Part shown: positions 11,137-23,621 of the stretch, in pieces
Numbering within the stretch: the first letter of the stretch is position 1
Layout: every line of letters begins with the position of its first letter
Source: Podarcis erhardii
Lineage: Eukaryota
Strand: one strand, 5' to 3'
Assembly (NCBI GenBank): GCA_964252035.1
Contig: OZ176207.1
DNA: 64,000 bases
Made by a program: the position numbers and the translations under genes
The notes under the pieces: generated by a model
What the model saw: only the letters and a program-made list of their open reading frames with translations
Told to the model about the DNA's origin: nothing
Database searches by the model: none

Positions 11137-11937
11137 TACTATCTTTGTGCTGTCCTGCGCATGAAAACTGTTATGCCCATGGAGATTCCTTCTGACCATA
11201 AATGGTGTTGTTTCTTTCACTTCCCAGCGGATGTCGTCTCCCATTGTGACTTGGGGCGGAAGTGAATCTTGAAGTTTCTCGAAGGTCTTATCTCTCCACT
11301 CTGAATCACACAATGTTGGGTTCTAGAGTAATAGCAATGACCCCCGGTTTGAATATAGTAATTGCTCCGCTGGTGGGGTGCTGCAAAATGCAGGGGTTTT
11401 GCTGCAAAAGAACTGCAAAACTTTGTCACAGGTTTGGAGGAGATTCCAAATTATGGGGTTCATAGTTCATTTGCCTCAAATGGAGAGTTTTGAGGACTGC
11501 ACAGGGAGAGACAGCAAACACTCTGAACAGAATGATTATATTCCAAAAGCACCAGACTGCTAAACTCTGCACACAGGCCAATAGTCCTTCTTTCAAAACA
11601 GAGATCAGCAGTAAGGTTAAATATTCCTGTGCACTTATTTTCATTCATTTTCATTCCCCACAAATTTCTCGTAAGCGTAGAGACTCCTCACAACAACAAT
11701 ACTGAAATTTCTTTTGTGGCCGGTAAATTCTGTTTCATTTCCTTTGGAACTATAATGGGCAAGAGAAGTATTCCACAGCGTCAGTCCCCTTGTTGACTCA
11801 GTCTGCTTCCTTCTATTCTTTAACAGGAAGCTCTTGGACAATCAGCACATGCAGACAAACTTCTCTCCTGGTTGTTTTTTGTTCTCCCAGACTGCAGAAT
11901 GGACAGAGCTGCAAGTTTCTGAGGAGTGGAAGACATA

Positions 11938-11995
11938 ATGATAGCTTTACATTTTTTGATGTTTTTCTGGTTATGTGATTCTGTTCTTCTTCAAG
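11938..11995 (+). CDS. ECSCR: ECSCR-like exon: signal peptide MIALHFLMFFWLCDSVLLQ
   Basis: ATG at 11938, hydrophobic 19-aa stretch, phase-1 donor CAAG|gtaag; acceptor gttctcccag at 11890 suggests an upstream UTR exon. Confidence 0.6.
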
Positions 11996-12560
11996 GTAAG
12001 ATACTTTATTGCCCAGTTCTATGCAAGTCTGAGGGGAAAGTTCCAATGGGGCTTATGATTGCCACCTTAATCCTGTTCAAATGGAGGGCAATGGTGAGTT
12101 TGTGTTTTGAATGGATAAATTTCAGTCCTTGGCATCTACAGTTAAAATCTCAGGCTGCATGGCCGCAAAAGATTTCTCTCTGCCTGAAACTCTGGGGAGC
12201 TGCTTTCAGTCAGTGTACACAATGCTGAGTAAGATGAATCTAATTCAATATAACACAGATTTATCAATTCATCAAGGAGCAAAGTAAAGCAGTTCTCACT
12301 CAGTATTCATGCAAATCTAGTTCCTTTGGCTGAAAGAGGTGCAGATCTTTTAACAAATCTGGCTCTAAAAAACTGCATTCCTGTTGTGCAATACATATAT
12401 TTCAGAGTTTAAGGATTACAGATTGACTAGGGCCTTTAATACACAATTTCTGTAACAAAGGTGTGGCTGTTTCACCAAAAGGACAATGGTGCCTGTTTTG
12501 TTGAAGAAAAGCTGATGGAACTGCTAATTAAAACAAAAGCTGAATGAATATATGATGTCT

Positions 12561-12887
12561 GGCTCCGGCCTGGTGGAACGCTCTGCCTCATGAGAGCAGG
12601 GCCCTGCAGGATCTGATTTCTTTCCGCAGGGCCTGTAAGACAGAGTCGTTCCGCCTGGCCTTTGGCTTGGAGCCAATTTGATTCCCTCCCTCCTTCCCTC
12701 TTTTTTTTTTTCCTTTTCCTTCTCCTCCTGCGATGAGGCTACATTTTAATATTTTAATGTTCCATTATTTTAATGTTGTATTTTATTTTTGTTTTTAAGT
12801 TTGTAATCATCCACCTTGTTTTTATTATTGCTTGTAAGCCGCTCTGAGCCCGGCCTTGGCTGGGGAGGGCGGGGTATAAATATAAAA

Positions 12888-12929
<42 letters not shown>
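12561..12929 (+). mobile_element. L2 LINE 3' end with (TTA)n tail
   Basis: Homologous to 8880-9206 (cctggtggaacgctctg ... gtaagccgctctgagcccggc) plus TTA repeat. Confidence 0.85.
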
Positions 12930-12930
<1 letters not shown>

Positions 12931-13753
12931 GGAAAACAACATAATTCTTCATCATTTTTGGGGGGTTAAATTATACTGAGTGTACGCAGGATACACTGAT
13001 GGATAAAGCGAGGATGTGCTGATGACTAAAATACAGAGGGAATTCCATGTCATTCTCTTCCAGTTGTTCCAGCTATGCAAGGAGTGTGGTTTGCCAGATT
13101 TAAAGATCCCTGCTCTCTTGCCCACATGCGCTGTTCTGGGGGTTCTCCCAAGCCCACAGAGCCAGTCTGAGCGCAGAGGCACAGAGAAGAGGAGGCAGGG
13201 AAAAGCCTCATTGCATAAGCAGAAAGTCCTTGTGGAGGGCCTACACTGTCAGAGAGCAGATGCAATGGGCAGGATTCAACAAATGAGACCCGTCAGCGGA
13301 AGCCCTGCAGAAAGGCTTCCACTTGCGCAAGGCGGCTCCTGTGTGCCCCCCCCCCGCCCCATGGGTGCTGCAGGGACCAGAACCTAATCCCTAACCCTGG
13401 ATTATTATTAACATGCTCTGATTAGTATAGAGGGAACTTTGAGGGCCTGTTTTGGCCATCTAATGTCAGTATGTAGACTTGAAGGAGATCAGTACATGTG
13501 AATTGAGATGTTGAGCTTTCTGTTGAGGAGCAAGACATTAGGACAGATTTTACTGAACTGAATTCAGATATTTAAGATATTTAGCTAACGTGTGGGGGGG
13601 CGGGAAAATAGGCATTAGCAACAAATGGGTCACTTGGAGGTAAAATTGGCCATATAGCCTTTGTTTTGGATGTCAGATAATGTAGCAAAACCAACATGTC
13701 CCCACAAAAGATATATATCCTAACTGCTCTCCTATTTTCCGATTTGCCCGTAG

Positions 13754-13801
13754 AGTCTGTGCCCAAGAAAAATGGAAGCTTCATCCAGCCATCCTCAGCA
13801 G
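13754..13801 (+). CDS. ECSCR: ECSCR-like ectodomain exon (E)SVPKKNGSFIQPSSA
   Basis: Pyrimidine-rich acceptor ...ttgcccgtag|, donor G|gtagac, 48 bp, phase 1-1, Ser/Pro-rich with an NGS sequon. Confidence 0.5.
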
Positions 13802-14826
13802 GTAGACCCTCTACAATTACCCTGCTATTAAAAGGCTTTACCTTTTCAATGAGTTCCAGTAAAGTGATGAGGGAACCCTTTGTGTGATCCTGATGGAGGG
13901 CAAGGGCAAAATATCCGTGATGGCTCTTTATCCTCCCTTTCATCTCCAACACCTGTACTCAGGATTATTTACAGTGGGCAGATCCTTTGGTAGGAAAATG
14001 CCAGACCATCACCTCTCATTTCAGCATGCTACTATTATGCATTATAAACAAGTAGCTCTCAGCATCCTGTGGTAATGAATGTTCTTATATTACAAAACTG
14101 ATTGTTGCTTGATTTAGGTGAGAAATGGAATTTAAACCTATTTTTGCTAGGTCAGATGCAGTCCCTTTGTTCCATACAGCTAAATTCATAGTGGCCAAAA
14201 AGGTATTTTTGATGGTCAGTGGATTTTATGCCTTGTCTTGTTCTTGTTCTGCATTGCCATTTCCTTTCTCAGAGAAGAGAGCGGTTTTTCCCTAACCCTG
14301 ACTGGTTTTTGGATATTTTACTGTGCATATTTATGCAGAACACATGTAAGGGTACTGAGACAGGAAAGAAGTTGGCGTGAGCACACTGGCTGTGCCCTGG
14401 GTCTCCTTTGTCCTCCATATACTAGGCGTAGCCATGCTTGTTAGGCAGCTGAGGCAAAGGATGCTGATGCTGGACAGGAGGAGAAGCCATGCTGTGCTGA
14501 GGCCAGTTGGGTCCTCCCTCTCCAGCCAGCCGCCTGCAGCACTGGAGTCCATTCAACCCATTTCATTGTTTATAGCCAATGCCCATTACAGTATAAACCA
14601 CAAAACATGCTATCCAATCAAAAAGGCAGTTAATCTATAAATTTTCAAGAAATCTATCATTGTCTAATCTTTTTTTAAAAAAAAAAACTTGGGAATGCAA
14701 TGCTGTTTTGAGTCAGGAAAAAAAAGTCAGTCACAAAGGTAGTAGTAGATGCAGGGTCTTACCCCAATCCTTTGCCTCTTCATTTGAATCCGCCTCTCAA
14801 TGTCTCTATACCTTCCTATTTCTTAG

Positions 14827-14835
14827 TTTCCACAG
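14827..14835 (+). CDS. ECSCR: Candidate 9-bp ECSCR-like microexon (V)ST
   Basis: Long pyrimidine tract ending tttcttag|TTTCCACAG|gtatat; phase 1-1; 81-bp intron to the next exon. Confidence 0.35.
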
Positions 14836-14916
14836 GTATATATAACGGGGCCACCTCTCCCACGAAAGGTCTCCTGTATGTAAATACAGATTTTCTCACT
14901 ATCCCTTCCCCTACAG

Positions 14917-14952
14917 AAGAAAAATCAGCAGCACTAACAGTGGCAGCAACTG
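14917..14952 (+). CDS. ECSCR: ECSCR-like juxtamembrane exon (E)EKSAALTVAAT
   Basis: cccttcccctacag| ... G|gtgagt, 36 bp, phase 1-1; matches recalled human SETVLTVAAFG. Confidence 0.8.
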
Positions 14953-15267
14953 GTGAGTAAAGACATTAAGATGAGGTGTCACAATTTTGGACAGAAAGTA
15001 ATAAGACAGATGTGTTTAAAGGGTGCCAGCATTAAATATTTTTCCAAGTATTTTAAAAATATTTATATCTTACGGAAATCAGTATTCTGATTATACCTCC
15101 ACACTCTTGCCCCCAAAGATCACCTTATCAGTAGTAGTTTGTAGAGCTTAGCAAAAAAGAAGTCAGGATTCACGAAGCAGCATTCAACTACAAAATTGCA
15201 ATAGCACAACACGACATCCTTCTTGCCCCACACATGCCCTGCACTGTCCCAAAAATGTCTCCAGAGG

Positions 15268-15589
15268 CAGGGGTGTAGTGTGGGGAGGGCCGGGGGGGGT
15301 CATAGTTCAGGGCACATGGTTTTCAGGGGGGGTGAGTCAGGGCCCCCCCACAGGGATTCCTGCCCTGCCTGCTGCCGGAGGTCTCTGGCTCCCAGAGCCC
15401 AGTCTTGCCACTGCGCCCCCGGCCCCCTCACCAAGGGCTCCCCCCACACGGGTGGGCAAGCAGCGCAATACATCCCCGCACCTGTTTGGCGGTGGAGCGG
15501 CAGGTTTTGTTCACCCTCTGCACCTAGCCCCTGGTCCTGCCTGGTGCGCACACACACACCGGGCGCTAATAAAGGATGCAATGCTACTA
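15268..15589. mobile_element. GC-rich hAT-like non-autonomous element
   Basis: 8-bp direct repeat tccagagg at 15260-15267 and 15590-15597; caggggtgtag start; TIR match only partial. Confidence 0.45.
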
Positions 15590-16828
15590 TCCAGAGGGAT
15601 GGGGGAACACTGTTTTGCATAGAACCCATAGTATTTGTTAATTTTAATTTTGTCAGATTCATTCTCAAATGTACTTAGAGTGCCTAATTTAACTTCCTGC
15701 AAAGTGTCCCAAGAATGTATGAGCTCCTATGAACACTTACCTGGGAGTAAAGAACATAAGCATATCTAGAATAAAATTATAAATTATCTGGAGGAAGGAC
15801 AGAACACAAATAGAGGAGTTGAGTACAAATGGCTGACTGCCACTTTCTTGTTCTACCCATTCTGAAAGGACCTCAAAAGCAGTGTGGGTGAGGTGTGGTT
15901 GCATTAGCTGAGAACACCTTATACATTAGGTGCCCCACAAACTATTCTCTGGGTACACTGTCTCAAAGGTACATCAAGTCTTTTCAGTTATTCCATTCCA
16001 CATATACACTTAAAACATGGAGAGAGAGCCCGATGTGGTGAACCCTGCTGGCCTCATCCCTGATGTGCACGTTTTCAAGGGAGCCTATTTGCAAACAAAT
16101 GTGCATATCCAGGCTGTCCACTCAGCTAGGAAAGTACTGGGTTTACAGATTGCAGAGAGCATGTGTGAATAGGCTGTCCTTTATAAATGTCACATTGAAT
16201 GCACGGAAATTGGTGGACAGGGCTGACAGAGCAATCACTCATGAACACACAAGGCCATCCAAATCTCTGCCACATCACCACTTTGCACAATGCTGCTGTG
16301 CTGTCCAATACCGATAGCTCTTCCTGAAAGAACATGCACCATCCTATTGCCACAATGCTGGCACTTGGCAGTAGTAAAGAATTTGTCACTGCAGTGTACT
16401 GGTACGTTCCAGCTGTTACAGGGCTGCCAGTGAAATTTCTTCTGGGGCATTTGTTAATAGGCTTAAGAGAATTTCTGGTTATTCAATAACTCTATTTGAT
16501 GTCCAGATACAGTAGATTAAAAAAATATGCAGACTCTACATTTTTGAAACATTATGACTTCCTGCACTTGTCTCTGCTCCCACCTGGATTTACAGAAATT
16601 TATACCCTCCCTAGACACTAGACAATCACATCAATTGTTGTATTGGGATGCTCTTGTTGGCTGTCCTTAATTGTGCTCCCGCCCATTTTTAACTACTTTG
16701 GCAAGTTTGGGTTTTAAGTAGTGATTGGCAGCACTGTCAACACTATTTGTTGTCACTGATTCTAACAGATGTTGAATGGAAAACTACCAATGGCTGCCAT
16801 TATGGGTCTTGTTTTCCTCGTTATCCAG

Positions 16829-16927
16829 GTGTTATCAGCTTCATTGCCATTCTGGTGGTGATTGTAATTATCCTGGTCTGTGTGGTCAGCCTAAGATTCA
16901 GGTGTCATCACTGCAAAAATGTGGAAG
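16829..16927 (+). CDS. ECSCR: ECSCR-like transmembrane exon (G)VISFIAILVVIVIILVCVVSLRFRCHHCKNVE
   Basis: ttttcctcgttatccag| ... G|gtatta, 99 bp; near identical to recalled human ECSCR GVISFIVILVVVVIILVGVVSLRFKC. Confidence 0.9.
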
Positions 16928-17337
16928 GTATTAAACAGTGTGTGTCATTGTTTTAATAGCCCTGAAGTGGTTATATTGTATCCGAGTCTCCATTTTATCC
17001 ACTTAATATCCACCTTGCAATTGTCTGCCATGGACTTGGTTCACTATCCACATTTCTTGACTTTGATTCTCTGCTTAGCTCTTGTTCTGTGTTCTTTCTT
17101 GGGTAAAATGCTTCTTGCCCAACCCTTCTTCTTACAAACATTTTGCTCAAGATAATTCCATAATGCCCCACTTTCCGGTTTGCAGGCCGGTTGTAATTTA
17201 TAGTCTCAAGCTTCCTGGGTTTTTCCCTTCCTTTCTTCACTTTTAACCTTCTTCACTTCTCAGGTTCTTGATGATGCCACTTGAACACTCTTCCTTACTC
17301 ACTGCCTTCACTCAATTTCCTTCAGCTTATATACTTT

Positions 17338-17523
17338 ATTTATGTCCCACCTTACTTCCAAGGAGCTCAAGATGACTTACATTGTGCCTCACAACACCCC
17401 TTTGAGGTAGGTTAGGCTGAGAGACTGTGACTAGCCCAATGAGCTTCATGGCTGAATGGGAATTTGAACCCAGGTCTCCTGGGCCCTAGCCCAACACTCT
17501 AACGGCTACACTGCACTGGCTCT
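17338..17523 (-). mobile_element. tRNA/MIR-like SINE
   Basis: Reverse of gagccagtgcagtgtagccgttagag...ggttcaaattccc A/B boxes and core. Confidence 0.7.
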
Positions 17524-18230
17524 GCATCCATGTCGTGAAAAAGCCAAGGTGTAAGCTTGCTCCACAGTTGATTCAAGTTCATGTTTGGTCCTACCTTATT
17601 ATGTCTTCCCTCACTAAACATATTTGTTTTTTAATGTGCTCTCTTTCCTATACCCCAAATGTGTGAACATTTCTTCTTGATTAAATTGTATTCTATCCAC
17701 TTTCTTCTTATTCTTCTGACAGAACTTCTTCACATTTCTGATTTTAAACCCAGTTCAACTTCTAATCACTTCTAATCTATATGCTCATCTTTCAGCTTGA
17801 CCACCTACTTGTTTTACTGATATAATTCCTTCTCATCCGTTATTCCATGTGTCATATTTTAACTTACCCTTGTCCTCTGGAACTTTACAATTCCAGCTAG
17901 CACCAACAGGAGCAAATAGCAGCTTTGGAGGAGCAGTTTCCATCATGACTGCTGCAGGGGAGGAAAAGGTTAAATACTCCTCCTTTCCTGCCTGCTGTGA
18001 TCCTTATCATTGATGCACACACCAGCGACTGCTATTTGCATTTTTTTTAACGTGCACATTAATTGCAAAAATAAGCATGTTAACACATCTAGCTGGGTCC
18101 TCTGGACATTCTTTCTGCCTCTTCCAAGATATGCTTTTATTTGAATTATAAATGAGGACTAAATTAAAGGCAGTATATTATTTGTACAAATCTTTTAGTG
18201 CGTATTATTAATGGATTTTTCTCTTTGTAG

Positions 18231-18267
18231 ATAAACAAAAACCTCAACATCCGATTGTATCTTACAG
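18231..18267 (+). CDS. ECSCR: ECSCR-like cytoplasmic exon (D)KQKPQHPIVSY
   Basis: ctctttgtag| ... AG|gtaaaa, 37 bp, phase 1-2; human DPQKPGSS-like. Confidence 0.8.
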
Positions 18268-18645
18268 GTAAAAAAATACGTTTTAGAATTTTTTCTTCTT
18301 ACTAGTTGCTGTCAAGCTGCAGCTAGTTTTGTTTTTCAGCTACTAACTTTCAGAGTGGCTGTGATCCTTGTTGACTAAATCAGGTTGGTCAAAACCTTTA
18401 TGTGAGCTGTAATACAACTTTGGGTTTTAATGCATGAAAAGGGACATGGTCAACAGTGGACAGCTACAGCCAAAGTACTGCATGTCTGGGGCCCTGCTGT
18501 CCTGGAGGCTCTAGGTATTGCTAAACCCTTAGGAATGTGTGGCTGCAGAGAGGGACGCCAAAGAATAACAATCAGAAACAATCCAAAACACAGGAACAGT
18601 TCAGAGTGCCACAGCAAGAGTAAAGTTACACATCAGATTAAACAA

Positions 18646-18881
18646 GAGCCAGTGTGGTGTAAGTGGTTAAGAGCGGGAGATTCGTAATCTGGTGAACCGG
18701 GTTCGCTTCCCTGCTCCTCCACATGCAGCTGCTGGGTGACCTTGGGCCAGTCACACTTCTCTGAAGTCTTTCAGCCCCACTCACCCCACAGAGTGTTTGT
18801 TGTGGGGGAGGAAGGGAAAGGAGAATGTTAGCCGCTTTGAGACTCCTCCGGGTAGTGATAAAGTGGGATATCAAATCCAAA
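18646..18881 (+). mobile_element. Squamate tRNA SINE (Squam3-like)
   Basis: gagccagtgtggtgtaagtgg (A box), ggttcgcttccc (B box), CORE-like gtgaccttgggccagtcac. Confidence 0.8.
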
Positions 18882-19360
18882 CCCTATCATCACACATTTA
18901 CACAAGTGTCACTAGGTTCGATCAGACTGACTCTTTAGTGAAGGTATTTAGAACTGCAGCCTTACTATTTATGCAGTGGTTTGCAAAGCATAATCTCAGC
19001 AATAATTACAACACTGTCGTAAAGGTATGCAGGTATCACTCCTATGCTACTAACTTTGATGTAACCCACCGAAGCTTGCCTAGGACGACTGTATGGAGTT
19101 TATGGCTGAGCCAAATGTTTAGGTACATTCATAGGATATGGAGGGATAAAGTGATCTGGTCTGGGGTGATGGCAACTAGTGTAGTTGCCCAGGGCATCCA
19201 CCAACATGGCAATGCTTCTCAAATAGTCACTATAATTTCATTTAGAGATGACTTTATAGTCATGTGCTTTGAAGACAGAGAAAATGCTTGCTTCATTGCT
19301 CCCTATTGCCCTCAGCTATTGATTATTATGACACTAAAGTAATGGAGCAATGTTTAATTA

Positions 19361-19563
19361 TAGTTGTACCTCGGAAGTCAAACGCTTTGGCTCCCGAACG
19401 CCACAAACCCGGGAGTGAGTGTCCCGGCTTGCTAATGTTATTTGGAAGCCGAATGTCCGACACAACTTCTGATTGGCTGCAGGAGCCGTGCCTTGGTTTC
19501 TGAATGTTTTGGAAGTCGAACGGACTTCCAAATGGATTCCATTCAACTTCTGAAGTACGATTG
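19361..19563. mobile_element. Tigger-like MITE (family shared with 30771, 60985, 62825)
   Basis: gttgtacctcggaag ... gaagtacgattg|ta termini; shared internal cttctgattggctgcaggagc. Confidence 0.7.
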
Positions 19564-20081
19564 TACTGTAAAATCACATTTCTTATTAAGCGAGTGTGGG
19601 GATTGAGGAAGAAGGGACTTGTACAATCAAAGTTTGATGATCTACTTTCCTAGCAGCAGAGAAACACCACACACAGCAATGAGTCCGCCTGGCTGCTTGG
19701 TTAAGTAAAAGAGAGATGGTAAGAAATGATACTAACACCAATAAAAGCACATCCTGCATAAACATTACAATATGTCCCACTACATTAAAATATTTCTAAA
19801 TCCCAAGCAATAGATTTCAGATTTAGATGAAGCTTCTTAAGTTGAAACTCCATAAATGGACAGAAGGATTAAAGTCTTTAGAACATTTACTGAGCAAAAC
19901 ATGCTGTGGCTTTTGTTCATAGCATTGGCAGAATGAAAGTAAAGAACAAGCTACACATCAGTGCTTCCTAATCCACTGAGATGTCTAGCTCTTCAGTGTT
20001 AGTCACCTGCAAGGAAAAACACATTTTCTCATGAGGTAGCCAGATAAAGTAACATTGGATGCATCCTCTATTTTTGGGCAG

Positions 20082-20164
20082 CTGCTCTGATGCTGAAGCT
20101 GCAGTTGGCAAGAAAAATGTCATGCTGGTCTCCATGAAAGACTTAAACATAAGCAACAGCCAAG
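20082..20164 (+). CDS. ECSCR: ECSCR-like cytoplasmic exon (S)CSDAEAAVGKKNVMLVSMKDLNISNSQ
   Basis: ctatttttgggcag| ... G|gtaagg, 83 bp, phase 2-1; matches recalled human SCSTANGEKDSITLISMKNINMNN. Confidence 0.85.
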
Positions 20165-20846
20165 GTAAGGTGTAAGGGTTGGGGAAACCCAAAGGTTTTC
20201 TATTTAATAAGCAAGTCTTAGTGGGAGTGACTAATTAGAACCCCACTATTTATAAAAGCAAAAAAGTATTGTAAGTGACTATTCCCCAGGAATAAAACAC
20301 AATTATTTCCTGTGACTCTTTTAGATTATTTTGGGGATTGTACTTTATTATGATAACTGACTTAAAAAAGAATTATAGCAAGGCATTAGATTCCTATTAA
20401 ACCTGTCCTAAGACTTCTGCTCATATGGCCACACAAGTGCGTGCCTTGAACCTTGTAGCTTATGTTTAATTCTAGCAAGCTATTTATCATTTGTATAGTA
20501 CCTAGAATTTACTAAGCATTGTACTCATTAAATGAAGACACTACCTGTACTGTTTAGAAATTTATAATGTAAAAGACGTGATGCAAAAGACTTAACTCCC
20601 TGTGAGTTCAGATTCAAGAAGATACTGCTTTGGTCTATACATGATTCCCTTTAGACAATTGTCCCATGCAGACAGCAGAAGGATTGTACTTTAGATAAAG
20701 TTGTTGTTTTTTTGGGGGGGGGGAGAGAGGGGTGATTACTTTGTTTAAACCCTGATCTAGGCACAGAACCCAAAGAGTAAGGTTTATTTTACATTCTGTA
20801 CCTAGAGCTCTGAGGCCTTCTAATTTTGCCATGTTGGTTTTTCCAG

Positions 20847-20878
20847 GTGCTGCAAAATGTATTACACATGAAAATTGA
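20847..20878 (+). CDS. ECSCR: Candidate terminal ECSCR-like coding exon (G)AAKCITHEN*
   Basis: Acceptor ttggtttttccag with ctaat branch point; in frame to TGA 20876-20878. An intervening short exon near 20761-20776 cannot be excluded. Confidence 0.45.
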
Positions 20879-21975
20879 AGAAACATTTTTAAAATGTGTA
20901 ACTTTATTTTTAATCAATGTGGGGGAATGCTGTAAGGTATTTGTTATTCTCTTTGGGATATAAACACATGAAACTGCTTTGTAAATCAGACCAATGATTA
21001 ATCTAACCTAATATTGTATACTCTTGACTTATGGTGACTCTCCAACGTATCTGATCCTTTAAATGCAAATACTGGATATTTTACCTGGAACTGTTGTCTC
21101 CTAAATGCAAAACATGCACTGTACTATTGAGGCATGGTCCTTCCCAGCTGTGGTTTTCAACTGGCCAAGAAACCTCTATTTTTTCTTTGAATAGTACTCA
21201 TATTGATGGGGGGGGGGGAATAACCAGTCACTTTTGCCTTACTCTAAGTTCATTTCATTGTGGTCGTTGTTAATTTGGCATATTTTAATTTCAATGGAGC
21301 ACACAAAATATATTTCTCAGGAGAAGGAAGGAGGGTGCAGACAGCCACATTTTAATGCACAAGCAACTTCTCATTTGCTTACCTGTGCTGGAAGCCTTGT
21401 CCTTGCATCCCCAGCTGCAGAAGTGAGCTTGAAGTTCTTGGCAGATGCTTGTGTTTGAAATCCTGGGCAGAGAATCTGAAAGGGGAATCTGAAAAGATAA
21501 ACATCACCTATCTGCCCTTTATTATTTGTGTTTATCTTGGCTGTTGAGTTGCCTTTTTATGCAGAGCTCCCCATCATCAAAGTCCCCTCTTGAGTATTCT
21601 TGAATTGGTGGCCAAGTGATGTCTTAATGTCTGAGAGCAAAGTTCCCTGGCTAGGTTTTTTATATTCCTGGTCATGCATTTCTAACAGTTGCAAAGAATC
21701 CTGTCTTCAAATGCAGCTGGAGAAGGGTTTGGAGGGAGGGGGATCTTCATTAACTTTCTTTCCAAAGGTAACATCACACCATAGTTGTGGGCAGGACCAA
21801 CCTTCTGAGTGAGCATAACATCCTGTCGAGCTTTCTTTCCTCCACTGTGCTAGAAGGCTTATATTAGATGTAGAAATATACTGCTCCACCAGCAGAGTGC
21901 TGTGCTCAACCAGCACACAGAGATGTGACAACGATAGCAGGTATGAGATGGGTTCACACTGTTTCAAGGATTATA

Positions 21976-22312
21976 CAGTGGTGCCTCGCAAGACGAAATT
22001 AATCCGTTCCGCGATTCTCTTCGTCTAGCGGTTTTTTTGTCTTGCGAAGCAAGCCCATCGACGGCTTAGTGGATTAGCGCTCTTATCGGCTTTTAGCAGC
22101 TTATCGGCTTAGCGGATAAGCAGATAAGCAGCTTAGCGGCTTAGAAAAAGGGGGGGGGGAGGAAAAAAAACCCGCAGGAACTCGCAAGACATTTTCGTCT
22201 TGCGAAGCAAGCCCGTAGGAAATTCGTTTTGCGAAGCACCTCCAAAACGGAAAATTCTTTCGTCTAGCGAGTTTTCCATCTTGCGAGGCATTCGTCTTGC
22301 GGGGCACCACTG
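21976..22312. mobile_element. Tc1/mariner MITE
   Basis: TA|cagtggtgcctcgcaagacgaa ... ttcgtcttgcggggcaccactg|TA TIRs with TA TSD. Confidence 0.9.
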
Positions 22313-23248
22313 TAAATTAATTCAGGTACTATACCAATTACATTATTTGCTTCTGAATTGCTGCCTCTGTTGCAGTTGCAGTTCAACAACCTAATCATAA
22401 CAGCTAACATTTTTCACAGCTGTTATTTGTTAGCGATTTTTGCACAATGTTTCCCCCAGGGTAGCTGTCCAAACACATAAAAACAAAAACTACATGAACC
22501 CTCCCTCATCTATAACACACCAACTTCCCACCACCATCTACCACGGCAGCAATGAAACACAAAGCAGAGCATGAGTCTTTTGTGATTACTAATGTATTCC
22601 ATCTTTCAACAAGAAAGGCATGATCTTAATATTATTTAACAATATGTTAAAAAATCAGCCAATAGGCTTCAGCGTTAATACAGTTATACAGTTTTACTGA
22701 TTTGATATGCAAGTACTCATTTGCTAAACTTCCTCTTGCAAGTATTTTTACACAAGCTGGCTACAAATTGGGAATCAAAACACAAATTGCTTAACTTGTA
22801 CATTCTCAACAGTAGATTGTGAAAAACAAAAGTAAATGCTTGTCCCAAAAGAGGAATTTTCTCTATGACAATTTCTTTAAAGAAGTCTATAAGGAAAGAG
22901 CAAAACTAGTTGGATTCATTGCTCTGTTTAAAGGACAAGTCATAGCAAAATGGGAAAAGCCAAGGTATCTCCAGAAACTGGAAACATGCTGTTGTTCCAA
23001 TTCCAGCAACTGCAGACTATAGTCAGATAAGTCTCATTCACAGACTTCAATCACAGAAACTAACATATGTAGTTAGAAAGCAGCAATTCTGCAGCCTTCT
23101 AGCATAATCAGGGGAAAGGCTAGATGACCAGTGAAGATCCACACAGCACTGCTAATGAAGGTATTTGTCTCAAGGCCACAGCAGTTCTCAGCACAGGGAG
23201 TGCAGTTAGTAATTAGATCCCACAACATTCATATCCATGTTATGTCCT

Positions 23249-23395
<147 letters not shown>

Positions 23396-23568
23396 TCATC
23401 ATGTCTATATTACAATTTCCTTTGATAATTATTCGATTTCTAATTATATAAAATGTACCTTGTTAATACTTGAGCAGAGTTGCTTAAACTTCAGCTAAAA
23501 GAGAGTGCATTAACACCCACCCTAGGGTGGAAGAAGGCTGAAAGATTTGACATGATAACTAATGTTGT

Positions 23569-23574
<6 letters not shown>

Positions 23575-23617
<43 letters not shown>
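23575..23617. repeat. (TA)n microsatellite
   Basis: About 21 TA units. Confidence 0.95.

Positions 23618-23621
<4 letters not shown>

Noticed and set aside
14331-14552. Minus ORF with signal-peptide-like stretch (MDSSAAGG...WLLLLSSISILCLSCL)
   Set aside because: No recognisable homology or splice partner; lies antisense within an ECSCR-like intron.
18646-18720. tRNA-like sequences as tRNA genes (also 6042 and 27877)
   Set aside because: They continue into SINE bodies and tails and lack a complete cloverleaf.
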